Origin: an uncultured Ruthenibacterium sp.
Lineage (GTDB): Bacteria; Bacillota; Clostridia; Oscillospirales; Ruminococcaceae
Assembly: GCF_963558415.1 (NCBI RefSeq)
Contig: NZ_CAUWGY010000002.1
Span: 5,318-69,317 of the forward strand
Direction of reading: 5' to 3'
DNA length: 64,000 nt
Every line of letters begins with the position of its first letter. Position 1 is the stretch's first letter. Both the position numbers and the translations under genes were made by a program. Below the pieces are notes generated by a model that worked only from the letters and a program-made list of their open reading frames with translations, was not told the origin of the DNA and searched no databases. Positions 1-8,340 of the stretch are shown here, in pieces.

Positions 1-1
1 G

Positions 2-100
2 ATTCCCGAAGCACATTTGGGCGAGCATTCCAACACTGGCACATTGGGTGTAATGGCTGGTTTTCTGATTATGATGATTCTGGATGTAGCTTTGGGCTGA
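2..100 (+). CDS. ZIP-family metal transporter, C-terminal fragment (5' end outside window)
   Basis: Frame 2 reads IPEAHLGEHSNTGTLGVMAGFLIMMILDVALG, then TGA at 98-100. This resembles ZupT/ZIP C-termini and a hairpin terminator follows. Only 32 codons are visible. Confidence 0.45.
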   Translation: MPEAHLGEHSNTGTLGVMAGFLIMMILDVALG

Positions 101-111
101 TACACAGTTTG

Positions 112-147
112 AAAAAACGGCATGACCTTATGGTCATGCCGTTTTTA
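112..147. terminator. Bidirectional rho-independent terminator
   Basis: A6-CGGCATGACC-ttat-GGTCATGCCG-T5. The perfect 10-bp stem is flanked by an A-run and a T-run, so it can end the + strand ZIP gene and the minus-strand operon arriving at 209. Confidence 0.8.
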
Positions 148-208
148 TTTTCATCTTCCCTTGCTTATCAACGGAAAACATCGCATATCAAATCCGTTTA
201 TGAGATTC

Positions 209-655
209 TTAAGCTTTCTTAGCCAAAACTCGAAACAATGTACCAGGAAGCGCCAAAACCAATACAATTCCAATGGCAATCGCCGCTGCGATCTTCAGTG
301 TTTCTATCCCTTTCGCGAGACATAGAAGTTCTTGTCCCATAATAAAATAATACACAGTGTAATAAATTCCTGCCCCAGGCACCAAAGGGAAAATACCACC
401 AGTTATAAATATTGTCATTGGACAACAACGAACCACCGCCAACACGCGAGACAAAAGGGCCAAAACGACGGCCGCTACAAGAGAGGCAGTAGCCAGACTC
501 TGATCCATCTGAACCAGAATCCAGTAGGCAGCCCAACCAGCCATCCCTGTCAGTCCGCACCACACCCATTCCTGCCGCGGCGCATGGAACAAAATTGCAA
601 AGGCAACAACGGATACAAAAGAAACGATACACTGCATCAAAAAAGCACCGATCAT
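209..655 (-). CDS. Threonine/serine exporter family protein, small all-membrane subunit (ThrE_2/YjjB-like)
   Basis: 148 aa consisting of 4-5 hydrophobic helices only. ATGA overlap (655/652) with the upstream ThrE-like gene, the usual two-gene arrangement. The ORF-track start at 682 is trimmed to Met10. Confidence 0.7.
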   Translation of the reverse strand: MIGAFLMQCIVSFVSVVAFAILFHAPRQEWVWCGLTGMAGWAAYWILVQMDQSLATASLVAAVVLALLSRVLAVVRCCPMTIFITGGIFPLVPGAGIYYTVYYFIMGQELLCLAKGIETLKIAAAIAIGIVLVLALPGTLFRVLAKKA

Positions 656-1443
656 AAGGTCACCCCCGGAATCAATGCACAAAGTTTTAACACAAGACCA
701 ACGCCCAAAGCGATGGATGCAGCAATGAGGAGAGCTTCTGCCGCACGTATGGTGCCCGAAACATAGTCACTGTTGGCCACATCCCGAATCGCGTTGGTAA
801 GCGCAATTCCGGGGACAAGCGGAATAATGCCGCCAATGATAATTTTATCCAGACTGCACTCGATGCCTAACACAGACAGAGCTTGTACCGCTAGCACACT
901 GGCCACGGCCACCAAAACGGCACATAATGTATTGGAAATAAATTGGTCTGCCTTATGCCGACCAAGGAAAAGGACCAGAGGCTGAAGCAGGATTCCTACC
1001 CAGAAGGCCGCAAAGGCGTCCCATCCATTGCCACCAAACAAATATGCAAAGCATGCGGTGCCGGCACCGCATGCCAAAATCTGAAGCCAAGGTGCACTGG
1101 GGGGCAACATGCGCACTCTTTCCAATTCACATCTGGCCTGCTCCAAGGACACTTTGCCTTTAGCGATTCGCCGAGACAAATCGTTGACCGCGCTGACACG
1201 GGTCAAGTGCATACTTCGCGAACGAACATAACGCACTTCGCTCACATTGCCGCCTTCCGAACCATCCAAAGATACAAATACTGCATTGGTCAGCACGTAA
1301 GCGTTGATTTGCGGCGCCCCATAGGCTGCTCCAATATGTTCAATGGTCTGTTGAGCACGATAAATTTCTCCGCCATTTGCCAACAAAAGTTGTGCCGCAT
1401 CCGCAGCCAAACGGGCTACTTGTTCCTGTTGTGTCAACCCCAT
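652..1443 (-). CDS. Threonine/serine exporter family protein, large subunit (ThrE/YjjP-like, DUF1212)
   Basis: 263 aa. Soluble N-terminal part (AADAAQLLLANGGEIYRAQQTIEHIGAAYG) followed by about 5 TM helices ending IRDVANSDYVSGTIRAAEALLIA. Paired with the small subunit downstream. Confidence 0.7.
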   Translation of the reverse strand: MGLTQQEQVARLAADAAQLLLANGGEIYRAQQTIEHIGAAYGAPQINAYVLTNAVFVSLDGSEGGNVSEVRYVRSRSMHLTRVSAVNDLSRRIAKGKVSLEQARCELERVRMLPPSAPWLQILACGAGTACFAYLFGGNGWDAFAAFWVGILLQPLVLFLGRHKADQFISNTLCAVLVAVASVLAVQALSVLGIECSLDKIIIGGIIPLVPGIALTNAIRDVANSDYVSGTIRAAEALLIAASIALGVGLVLKLCALIPGVTL

Positions 1444-1449
1444 CTCTCC

Positions 1450-2055
1450 TTAAAAGAGGGAAAAGCCAAATGGCTTGTCCCGTTTGCCTTCTCTGCTGAC
1501 AAAGACCCGCCGCAAACCAGGTGTGATGGTCAGCACTTTTAAGTTCGGGAACAACCGGTGGTAGTCCAAAGGATTCCCGTCTTTTACCTTGCGGCACCCC
1601 AAATCCAACGTGCGCAATTCAGACAAAGCGCACAGAGGTAAAAGACTCTTCAATTGCACATTGTCCCATGTACGATTTTCCAGCAGTAAATGTTCCAGTT
1701 TTCTGGCCCCTGCCAAAGCGGAAAGATCCGTCACTTGTTTACAGCCGGTGAATGCAATGCCACGTACCAGTGGCGTAGCGGTAGTCTGCCAAAGTGTGGA
1801 TAGATTCGGGCATCGCCACACACCCACCCATTGCAATTCTTTCAACATGGCCAGAGGAACCAATGTTTGAAGTTGTGGGCAATCCCGCACCACTATGCAC
1901 ACCGTATCCATGTGCTCACGCACCAGATCCTCCAGCATCTGATCGTCCGCTTTTTCTACCACCAAAACCGGACTTACCGGCGCGATTCCGTCCATCGCAA
2001 AAGGATAGAACTCCGGAAACCGCTGCATCAATGCCGGTTCTACATACAATCCCAT
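1450..2055 (-). CDS. Hypothetical cytoplasmic protein with leucine-rich-repeat-like region
   Basis: 201 aa with no signal peptide. Repeated L..L..L.L..C patterns (CPQLQTLVPLAMLKELQWVGVWRCPNLSTL; CKQVTDLSALAGARKLEHLLLEN; LSELRTLDLGC). Its start abuts the GNAT stop (2055/2056). Confidence 0.4.
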   Translation of the reverse strand: MGLYVEPALMQRFPEFYPFAMDGIAPVSPVLVVEKADDQMLEDLVREHMDTVCIVVRDCPQLQTLVPLAMLKELQWVGVWRCPNLSTLWQTTATPLVRGIAFTGCKQVTDLSALAGARKLEHLLLENRTWDNVQLKSLLPLCALSELRTLDLGCRKVKDGNPLDYHRLFPNLKVLTITPGLRRVFVSREGKRDKPFGFSLF

Positions 2056-2814
2056 TTACTTTTTCTCCTTTCCCGCAGGAAGGTAAGCCTTCCAAAGCTT
2101 TCGTTTTCCACCGCGAAAACCGGCCTTTTCCAAAAGGCGCAGAGCTTGTTCCTCCTGCACATAGAGAAAAATGTCCTCATATCCCCGATCCGGTTTAGCC
2201 GCAAACTCCACTGCCGCCAACAAAGCCGCTGCCCCGTATCCTTTTTTGCGTTGATTAGGCGCTGTATAAAGCCCCCAAAGGCGAAATGCACTTCCGTATC
2301 CCATTCCAAAACAACAACTGACCGGAATCTCCGCGCGATTCAACGCAAAAAAGGCACGCGCTCCTGCCTTGATTTGGCGATTGGCCAACGCCAGGCCATC
2401 CGAGCCTGCATACTCCTTCACAAGTACTGCCAAATTGCCATCCAACGCCGAAGTGACCGTCCGGACCTGACATTTGCGCTGTACAAAAAACGGGCTGGGC
2501 TCGAGACACTGCGTCAAACGCCAACACTCTTGTTGTTCTATAACATAACCACGCCGCTGCAAAAGTGCTTGGCACTCCTCCAGAGGAATACTGTCCGGCG
2601 CGCTGTAAATACGACATACAGCACCAGCCTGCTTCAGCCGTGCCTCAATGGAATCAAGACTTTTATCCATGCCATTCGCTTGTTTTAAAACGCCCCAATT
2701 CGCCTTGCCGCAACCACAGGCATCTTCGGCCCAAAACACACGGTATTCATCTTTTTCCTCGTAGGAAAGATATTTTTTGGGGCAATGGATCTCATACCGT
2801 TCTCCGTCTGTCAT
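2056..2814 (-). CDS. GNAT family N-acetyltransferase with Cys-rich N-terminal extension
   Basis: C-terminal acetyl-CoA motif region (RKKGYGAAALLAAVEFAA ... LRLLEKAGF). 4-nt overlap with the upstream cytidylyltransferase gene (2811-2814). Confidence 0.7.
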   Translation of the reverse strand: MTDGERYEIHCPKKYLSYEEKDEYRVFWAEDACGCGKANWGVLKQANGMDKSLDSIEARLKQAGAVCRIYSAPDSIPLEECQALLQRRGYVIEQQECWRLTQCLEPSPFFVQRKCQVRTVTSALDGNLAVLVKEYAGSDGLALANRQIKAGARAFFALNRAEIPVSCCFGMGYGSAFRLWGLYTAPNQRKKGYGAAALLAAVEFAAKPDRGYEDIFLYVQEEQALRLLEKAGFRGGKRKLWKAYLPAGKEKK

Positions 2815-3581
2815 GGTTTATCCTCTCTGATATTGGTCTGTACCGTTCCAAAAGATGGATAGGCTCCATACAGATAGTGAGCAATGGCCTCCATCAGACG
2901 GTAATCCTCCTCGGAATCAATATCAATGATACCCGTATCAAACATCTCATACATGCCGATTTTTCCATCCCACAAAAAACCGGTCTCGTTTTCTAGTAAA
3001 AACTTACGCCCAAACACATAAATGGATGCGTTTAAATCAAACACCGGCGGTGTTTGCTGACGGGCCGTAAAATGATGATCGATCACACGTTTGGCATAGC
3101 CATTTTCCAATTTTGCCATATTAAAATACGGAGTGCGGCGAGACGGACAAACACTGAACACAAGGTCCAATTCCGGGCGGCTTTTCTTTAACGCATAAGC
3201 TCCCGACACATCCTGCTCCTGACGCAATGGACTTGTAATATCCAAATCAATCAGATTTTCATACTGCTTACCTTTGAGCGCCTCCATCTGCCGCAAACTG
3301 TGCTGATAGACCATCATCTTCGGCACCAAATCTCCGCACAACTCTTCCGGGCGATGCAAAACAGTCACTTCCGGATAGCATTTAGTGACCACATCAATCA
3401 ACAAATCGCTGTCCGTATTCAGGCACAAATCCACATTCAGCTCCGGATGCTGTTTCATAAATATCTGTGCCGCAGAAAGGCTGTAATAGCTCAGAGGATG
3501 TCCATCAAAAATTTTCAAATTTTTGTTTTTAAAGCCCTTGCTTCCAGCCCGACCACAAATGGTGATGAGTACATTTTCCAT
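2811..3581 (-). CDS. Acylneuraminate (nonulosonate) cytidylyltransferase family protein (NeuA/LegF-like)
   Basis: N-terminal ICGRAGSKGFKNKNL matches the CMP-sugar synthetase R-x-GSKG..KN motif. 256 aa. RBS GGGGGAG lies 7 nt upstream. Operon context with NeuB/NeuC. Confidence 0.8.
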   Translation of the reverse strand: MENVLITICGRAGSKGFKNKNLKIFDGHPLSYYSLSAAQIFMKQHPELNVDLCLNTDSDLLIDVVTKCYPEVTVLHRPEELCGDLVPKMMVYQHSLRQMEALKGKQYENLIDLDITSPLRQEQDVSGAYALKKSRPELDLVFSVCPSRRTPYFNMAKLENGYAKRVIDHHFTARQQTPPVFDLNASIYVFGRKFLLENETGFLWDGKIGMYEMFDTGIIDIDSEEDYRLMEAIAHYLYGAYPSFGTVQTNIREDKP

Positions 3582-3582
3582 G

Positions 3583-4509
3583 TCAAATCTCCCCCAACGT
3601 CAATTTCAAAACGTCCAGCGCCGTGTCTGGTGTGTTCACGCTTTCGCCAATACCGCTCTGGGCGTAATCCAGAAAATAGTCCATCTCTCGCAGATAACGT
3701 TGGTTTACCGGTTCATCCCAATGTTCCACAGTGCCATCTGCCAGTGTCAGCGTTCCCTTTCCGAAATCGGCGGTCACCGTACCATCTTTGCAGAAAAGCT
3801 CCAAACTGCGACGGTATTCTCGTCCAAAATAATCCAAATGGACCTCTACCAGCATAGAAGGATAGCGAGCAATATAAACCGATAAATCGTCCGAATCAAT
3901 TTCAAGATCACTGTATGTGCCTTTGAAATTGTACATTTCCAGCGGTTTTCCGAACAACTCCACCAGATAGTCCCATTCATGGATCAAATCAATGGTCACG
4001 CCGCCCCCCATATCGCGATGAGCAGAATATACAGTCCGATAATCTACCCCGGGGCGCCAATCCGGCAAGTAAGACGAACAAATGACCCGAGCCGAATAGG
4101 GTTTTAAGGACGCGAGCCGACGTTTCAGTGCCAGCATCACGCCACACCAGCGCATAGGCGCCGCCACGTAAGCTTTTTGACCCGGTGCAATGCATTCTGA
4201 TAGAGTGACATCTGTCCGGTCAAAAATAGGTTTTTCAATAAAGAGACTTTCCACCTTTCCACGCAACATACCCAGCGTAGAAAAGTGCAAACTGGTGGGA
4301 TTGGTGATAAACGCTGCATCAAAACGATCTTCCTCTTTCAGCGTGCGTACTTCCCCTGCCAGCAAGGATCGAACATCCTCGGGCAAAGGCCGGTCAGAAG
4401 ATCGCAGCGCCCAGGACTCCACCTGCAAACCTTTTTCCTGAGCGATTGTATTCAAATTTTTTAAATGCCTTGTTCCAATAGAACCAAGACCTACAAACAA
4501 AACTTTCAT
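3583..4509 (-). CDS. Gfo/Idh/MocA family oxidoreductase
   Basis: N-terminal Rossmann motif MKVLFVGLGSIGTRHLKNL. 308 aa. Confidence 0.75.
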   Translation of the reverse strand: MKVLFVGLGSIGTRHLKNLNTIAQEKGLQVESWALRSSDRPLPEDVRSLLAGEVRTLKEEDRFDAAFITNPTSLHFSTLGMLRGKVESLFIEKPIFDRTDVTLSECIAPGQKAYVAAPMRWCGVMLALKRRLASLKPYSARVICSSYLPDWRPGVDYRTVYSAHRDMGGGVTIDLIHEWDYLVELFGKPLEMYNFKGTYSDLEIDSDDLSVYIARYPSMLVEVHLDYFGREYRRSLELFCKDGTVTADFGKGTLTLADGTVEHWDEPVNQRYLREMDYFLDYAQSGIGESVNTPDTALDVLKLTLGEI

Positions 4510-4521
4510 CCTTTGCCTCTT

Positions 4522-5499
4522 TTACGCGTTTTCGATCCGCTCAATCAACTCCAGAACCGCTTTATCCTTTTCAAAGCTCCAGCGAGGTTGCTGCGTGCCG
4601 TTCAATACACCGAAAAAGTTTACGATTTCATCGCCATAAGCATTCTCCACAATGTTGTCCGAATAACGTGCATCATGCTCAAAGCTTTCATATGTTTGCA
4701 CGGATACTTTATCTTTGGTCGCAACGTCATACTTTGCCAATGTTTTGGGATTTCCTTCCCAGAACAAATGCAGTCCCTCGCCAAATACTTCAAAATTGCG
4801 CACCGCTTTGGGGCTGACCACGTCCACTGCCAAAATCCCCTTGACACCGCTCTCATGCCGCAATGTCACAAAATACGTATCCGGGTAATCGATTTCCAGA
4901 TTGCTGAGCTTATCCTTTTCCACGTACACATGTTTGACTGGTCCAAATGCGTCCAGCAGCCAAGGCAAATCAATCGCAAAGATTTCTCGAACACCGCCAG
5001 TGCGCTTATCGCCTACAAAAAAGTTTTTGTAGTTTTCCCAAGGATGCCAATCCGGCAAGTATTGGCCAATGTGATAAATATAGTTCACTGGTTTTCCAAA
5101 GTCCTGCACTTGCTTTTTAATATACTGCGTTTCCGCACGATACAACATAGTAGAAGACAAAAACAGAGGAACACCTTTTTCAGCCGCTTTGGCAATAAGA
5201 GCATCGTACCCGTCGTCTACCAAGTTCAATTCGGTAAAAATAGGCAATCCTGCATCCAGAAGCTCATCAATGATTCTCGCATGGGTAATGGGCGCAGTAC
5301 ATACAAATGCACAGTCTGGCTTTCCAGCATTCAGCGCCGCACCAATGCTCTCATAAGCCTGTATTCCCAATTCACCGGCCTCTTTGCGGCGAGATTCCGC
5401 CAAGTCCACACCCCAAACTTCCACGTCCGGTTGAACGCTCCGCAGAATCCGCGCTCTGCGTTTTCCCATGCTTCCCAGTCCAACGATCAAAACTTTCAT
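4522..5499 (-). CDS. Gfo/Idh/MocA family oxidoreductase (second paralogue)
   Basis: MKVLIVGLGSMGKRRARIL Rossmann start. 325 aa. RBS AGGGAG. Confidence 0.75.
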   Translation of the reverse strand: MKVLIVGLGSMGKRRARILRSVQPDVEVWGVDLAESRRKEAGELGIQAYESIGAALNAGKPDCAFVCTAPITHARIIDELLDAGLPIFTELNLVDDGYDALIAKAAEKGVPLFLSSTMLYRAETQYIKKQVQDFGKPVNYIYHIGQYLPDWHPWENYKNFFVGDKRTGGVREIFAIDLPWLLDAFGPVKHVYVEKDKLSNLEIDYPDTYFVTLRHESGVKGILAVDVVSPKAVRNFEVFGEGLHLFWEGNPKTLAKYDVATKDKVSVQTYESFEHDARYSDNIVENAYGDEIVNFFGVLNGTQQPRWSFEKDKAVLELIERIENA

Positions 5500-5524
5500 C
5501 TTTGCTCCCTGCTTTCCCGTGATA

Positions 5525-6151
5525 TCAAAGGGCGCTCAGCGCCTCATAAAAGCTTCCATACCCTGCAATGCTATAAATCAATCCCTCATCCGTCTGCGTA
5601 TAGACACATCCAGTATCAGGTGCAGCCAGAATACGCACTACACCGGATTCCGTAGTCAATGTGATTCGGAAAGTTTGCCCGTACCCCGCATAGGGAAGTT
5701 CTCTGCGCCAACTTGGAATACAGACAGTGTTTTGCAAAAGTTCTACAAGTTTTTGAGTCTGGTCGGTGGTCAATGTCACCGGCTTCTCCTTTTTTCCGGG
5801 GACACGACTGGACAAAGTGATACTTTCCACCTGGTCGGATTCTGCCAACGGAGTAGGCCAATAAGCCCACACACATAACCCCAACACCACTGCCAAGGCA
5901 CAGGCCAGGCTCACACTTCTGCGAAAAAACACCTTTTTTTTCTTTGGGTCTTTGTTACATTTGCGTCGAATCAGTTCCAAAATCAGAGTGACCATTAAAA
6001 CCACTGCTAAGCCTACCAAGGCAATGAGGCAAAGACGCAGTGCAATTGTGATCATACCGTCAAAAAACTCCGGTGCCTCCAACTCCTGGCGCCGCAAAAT
6101 CTTCCAGACCATGTTCCATATTTCTTCACATTTTGCAAAAAACGCACCCAT
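5525..6151 (-). CDS. Hypothetical membrane protein (2 TM helices plus extracytoplasmic C-terminal domain)
   Basis: 208 aa. Helices ITIALRLCLIALVGLAVVLMVTLILELI and SLACALAVVLGLCVWAYW are separated by a KKKK stretch. I recognise no family motif. Tightly packed between an oxidoreductase gene and NeuC. Confidence 0.5.
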   Translation of the reverse strand: MGAFFAKCEEIWNMVWKILRRQELEAPEFFDGMITIALRLCLIALVGLAVVLMVTLILELIRRKCNKDPKKKKVFFRRSVSLACALAVVLGLCVWAYWPTPLAESDQVESITLSSRVPGKKEKPVTLTTDQTQKLVELLQNTVCIPSWRRELPYAGYGQTFRITLTTESGVVRILAAPDTGCVYTQTDEGLIYSIAGYGSFYEALSAL

Positions 6152-6154
6152 GGG

Positions 6155-7321
6155 TCATTCTCCGTCGTAAAAAATTTTGGGTTTCCCACAGCGCGGGCCG
6201 GTCAAAAAGCGCTCCATTCCGCGCACCATTCGCCCACTTGTATCTCCGCCGTTGTACGGGCTGACCGTAGCTTTTGCCTGCTGTACAAAAGCGGGCGTCA
6301 AAGCTTTTTCAACAGCAGTCTGAATGGAAGCTGCATCTGCATCACAACAAATCACGTTTTGACATAAAATACGCCCCTCCTGCCTACGACCAATGTTCAC
6401 AGCAGGTATTCCCAGCGTCGGTGTCTCCACCACACCTGAAGAAGAGTTTCCAACGACAGCCGCACAATATTTCATGGCAGACAAATAACGCAATACGCCC
6501 AAACTGGTAAACGCAATATATTTATCCGGATGAATCGCACAAATCTCATCGATGCACCGATTGATTTCTGCGCCGCCTGCGTCGGCATTTGATTTTGTAA
6601 AAATGACATGTACAGAGAGTTTCTCCAATGCGGTCAAAAGTTGCTGGAACTGCCCTACCGCAGATGCACCACCCGCGGTCTCTGGATGATAGGTAACAAG
6701 AACATACGGTTTTTCCAAAGAAAAACCAATGCTCTTCTCCAATTCAGCCTTACTCATTAAGTGCATATTCCGCAGATTTTGATCGCCCAAACCACCCACA
6801 TTTTCTACCGTGGCGGGATCCTCTCCCATGCGGATGACTCGCTTTGCATACTCTTCACAAGCCGGAAAATGCAGACTGGCCATTTTGGTCAGGCAATGGC
6901 GGAAATAATCATCCGCCGCTCCATGTGTCACATCGCCTCCGCTGATGTGAATCAGCGGAATCTCCAAAAGTGCAGCCGCCTGGCCTACTGCAAAAATCTC
7001 GTACCGATCGCCCAACAAAAGAACTGCATCGGGCCGATGTGTGGAAAAGTAGTCCACAAACTGATCCAGGGTATAGGCCACCGTCTTGGCAGTGGCCAGT
7101 GCGCTTCCTGTGCCAAATTTTAAGATATCAATGCGCGCTTTTATCGGCGCCCCATCCGCTTCAACCTCGGATACTGTAGAACCGAACTCCGAGCTTAAAT
7201 GTGCGCCGGTCACTACTACCTGCGGGCACAGGATGTCGCTTTTTTCCATTGCTTTTACAACGCCTCGCAGAAGTCCCCACTCGGCGCGGGTTCCTGTCAC
7301 CACACAGACTGTTTTCTTCAT
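6155..7321 (-). CDS. neuC: UDP/GDP-N-acetylhexosamine 2-epimerase (hydrolysing), NeuC/LegG family
   Basis: Motifs VVTGTRAEWGLL, HISGGDVT and VGNSSSGVVE. Start trimmed to Met14 (MKKTV) behind RBS GAGGAGAG. Confidence 0.85.
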   Translation of the reverse strand: MKKTVCVVTGTRAEWGLLRGVVKAMEKSDILCPQVVVTGAHLSSEFGSTVSEVEADGAPIKARIDILKFGTGSALATAKTVAYTLDQFVDYFSTHRPDAVLLLGDRYEIFAVGQAAALLEIPLIHISGGDVTHGAADDYFRHCLTKMASLHFPACEEYAKRVIRMGEDPATVENVGGLGDQNLRNMHLMSKAELEKSIGFSLEKPYVLVTYHPETAGGASAVGQFQQLLTALEKLSVHVIFTKSNADAGGAEINRCIDEICAIHPDKYIAFTSLGVLRYLSAMKYCAAVVGNSSSGVVETPTLGIPAVNIGRRQEGRILCQNVICCDADAASIQTAVEKALTPAFVQQAKATVSPYNGGDTSGRMVRGMERFLTGPRCGKPKIFYDGE

Positions 7322-7331
7322 GGTGCTCTCC

Positions 7332-8327
7332 TCACAGTTCAATTTTCTCATCCTCGGCAAAATCGCGTTTGGCTGTCATGCCCAATACTTGATGCCACCG
7401 CATAGGACTGATGCCGTCACCTGGACGTTTGGTGGTGATATTCTGCTCGGTAAACACCTCGCCCTTGCGAATCGGCTTCGCAGCTACGATGCTTTTGCGG
7501 GCAATGGCTTTGTTCTTTGCCTCGCTCAGGCTAACATGTTTTTTTCCGTCTCCCAATGCCTTTTCCACATTGCGCACAGCACGGATCATAGCAGCCAGCT
7601 CATCCGGTTCCAAGCTGGCTTTATGGTCTGGACCTTCCATGTTGCGATCCAGCGTAAAATGTTTTTCAATCACACAGGCACCCAACGCAGCCGCTGCAAT
7701 ATCCGCCTCATATCCGGTGGTGTGATCCGAGTAACCCACGGGAAGACCGAACTGCTCGCGCAGATCGTCCATCGCCGTCAGATTTGCATCCTCAAAAGGT
7801 GTAGGATATTCGGTATTGCAATGCAACAGCGTAATTTGTTCTACCCCACCGTCTTCTAACACACTCAGCGCATCTTCAATTTCGCTCAGAGTGCTCATGC
7901 CCGTAGAAAGAATCACCGGCTTTTTGGTGGCCGCAATCCTTTCTAGGTACGGAAGATTTGTGATTTCACCCGACGGAATCTTCCATACGGACAGGTTCAG
8001 CGTATTCAAAAAGTCAATGCTCGGCAAATCAAACGGCGTGGAAAGGTATTCGATGCCAATTTCATCGCAATAATTTTTCAATTCTGCATGGCCGTCAAAT
8101 CCAAAGTGAATGCGCCGACACATATCAAGCTGGCTCTCACCTGCACCCGTCTGCTCCTTCTGATACTCTGCCTTCTCCGCAAACTTGCTGATAACAAGCT
8201 CCGGAATGGCTGTCTGGAACTTTACAATATCTGCACCGGCCTGCTTAGCCGCCAATGCCATTTTCTTTGCCAGTTCCAAATTTCCGTTATGGTTTACACC
8301 CGCTTCTGCGATGATGCAGATGGACAT
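7332..8327 (-). CDS. neuB: Nonulosonic acid synthase (N-acetylneuraminate synthase family, NeuB/LegI-like)
   Basis: IIAEAGVNHNGNLELAKKM N-terminal NeuB motif and a C-terminal SAF-like domain (AAKPIRKGEVFTEQNITTKRPGDGISP). Start trimmed to Met10 behind RBS AGGAGGAG. Confidence 0.9.
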   Translation of the reverse strand: MSICIIAEAGVNHNGNLELAKKMALAAKQAGADIVKFQTAIPELVISKFAEKAEYQKEQTGAGESQLDMCRRIHFGFDGHAELKNYCDEIGIEYLSTPFDLPSIDFLNTLNLSVWKIPSGEITNLPYLERIAATKKPVILSTGMSTLSEIEDALSVLEDGGVEQITLLHCNTEYPTPFEDANLTAMDDLREQFGLPVGYSDHTTGYEADIAAAALGACVIEKHFTLDRNMEGPDHKASLEPDELAAMIRAVRNVEKALGDGKKHVSLSEAKNKAIARKSIVAAKPIRKGEVFTEQNITTKRPGDGISPMRWHQVLGMTAKRDFAEDEKIEL

Positions 8328-8340
8328 AATCTTCTCCTCC

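Noticed and set aside
4465-5655. 396-aa + strand ORF across the Gfo/Idh/MocA gene
   Set aside because: It is antisense to a gene with a clear Rossmann motif and RBS, and it spans an intergenic gap, which a real gene would be unlikely to do.
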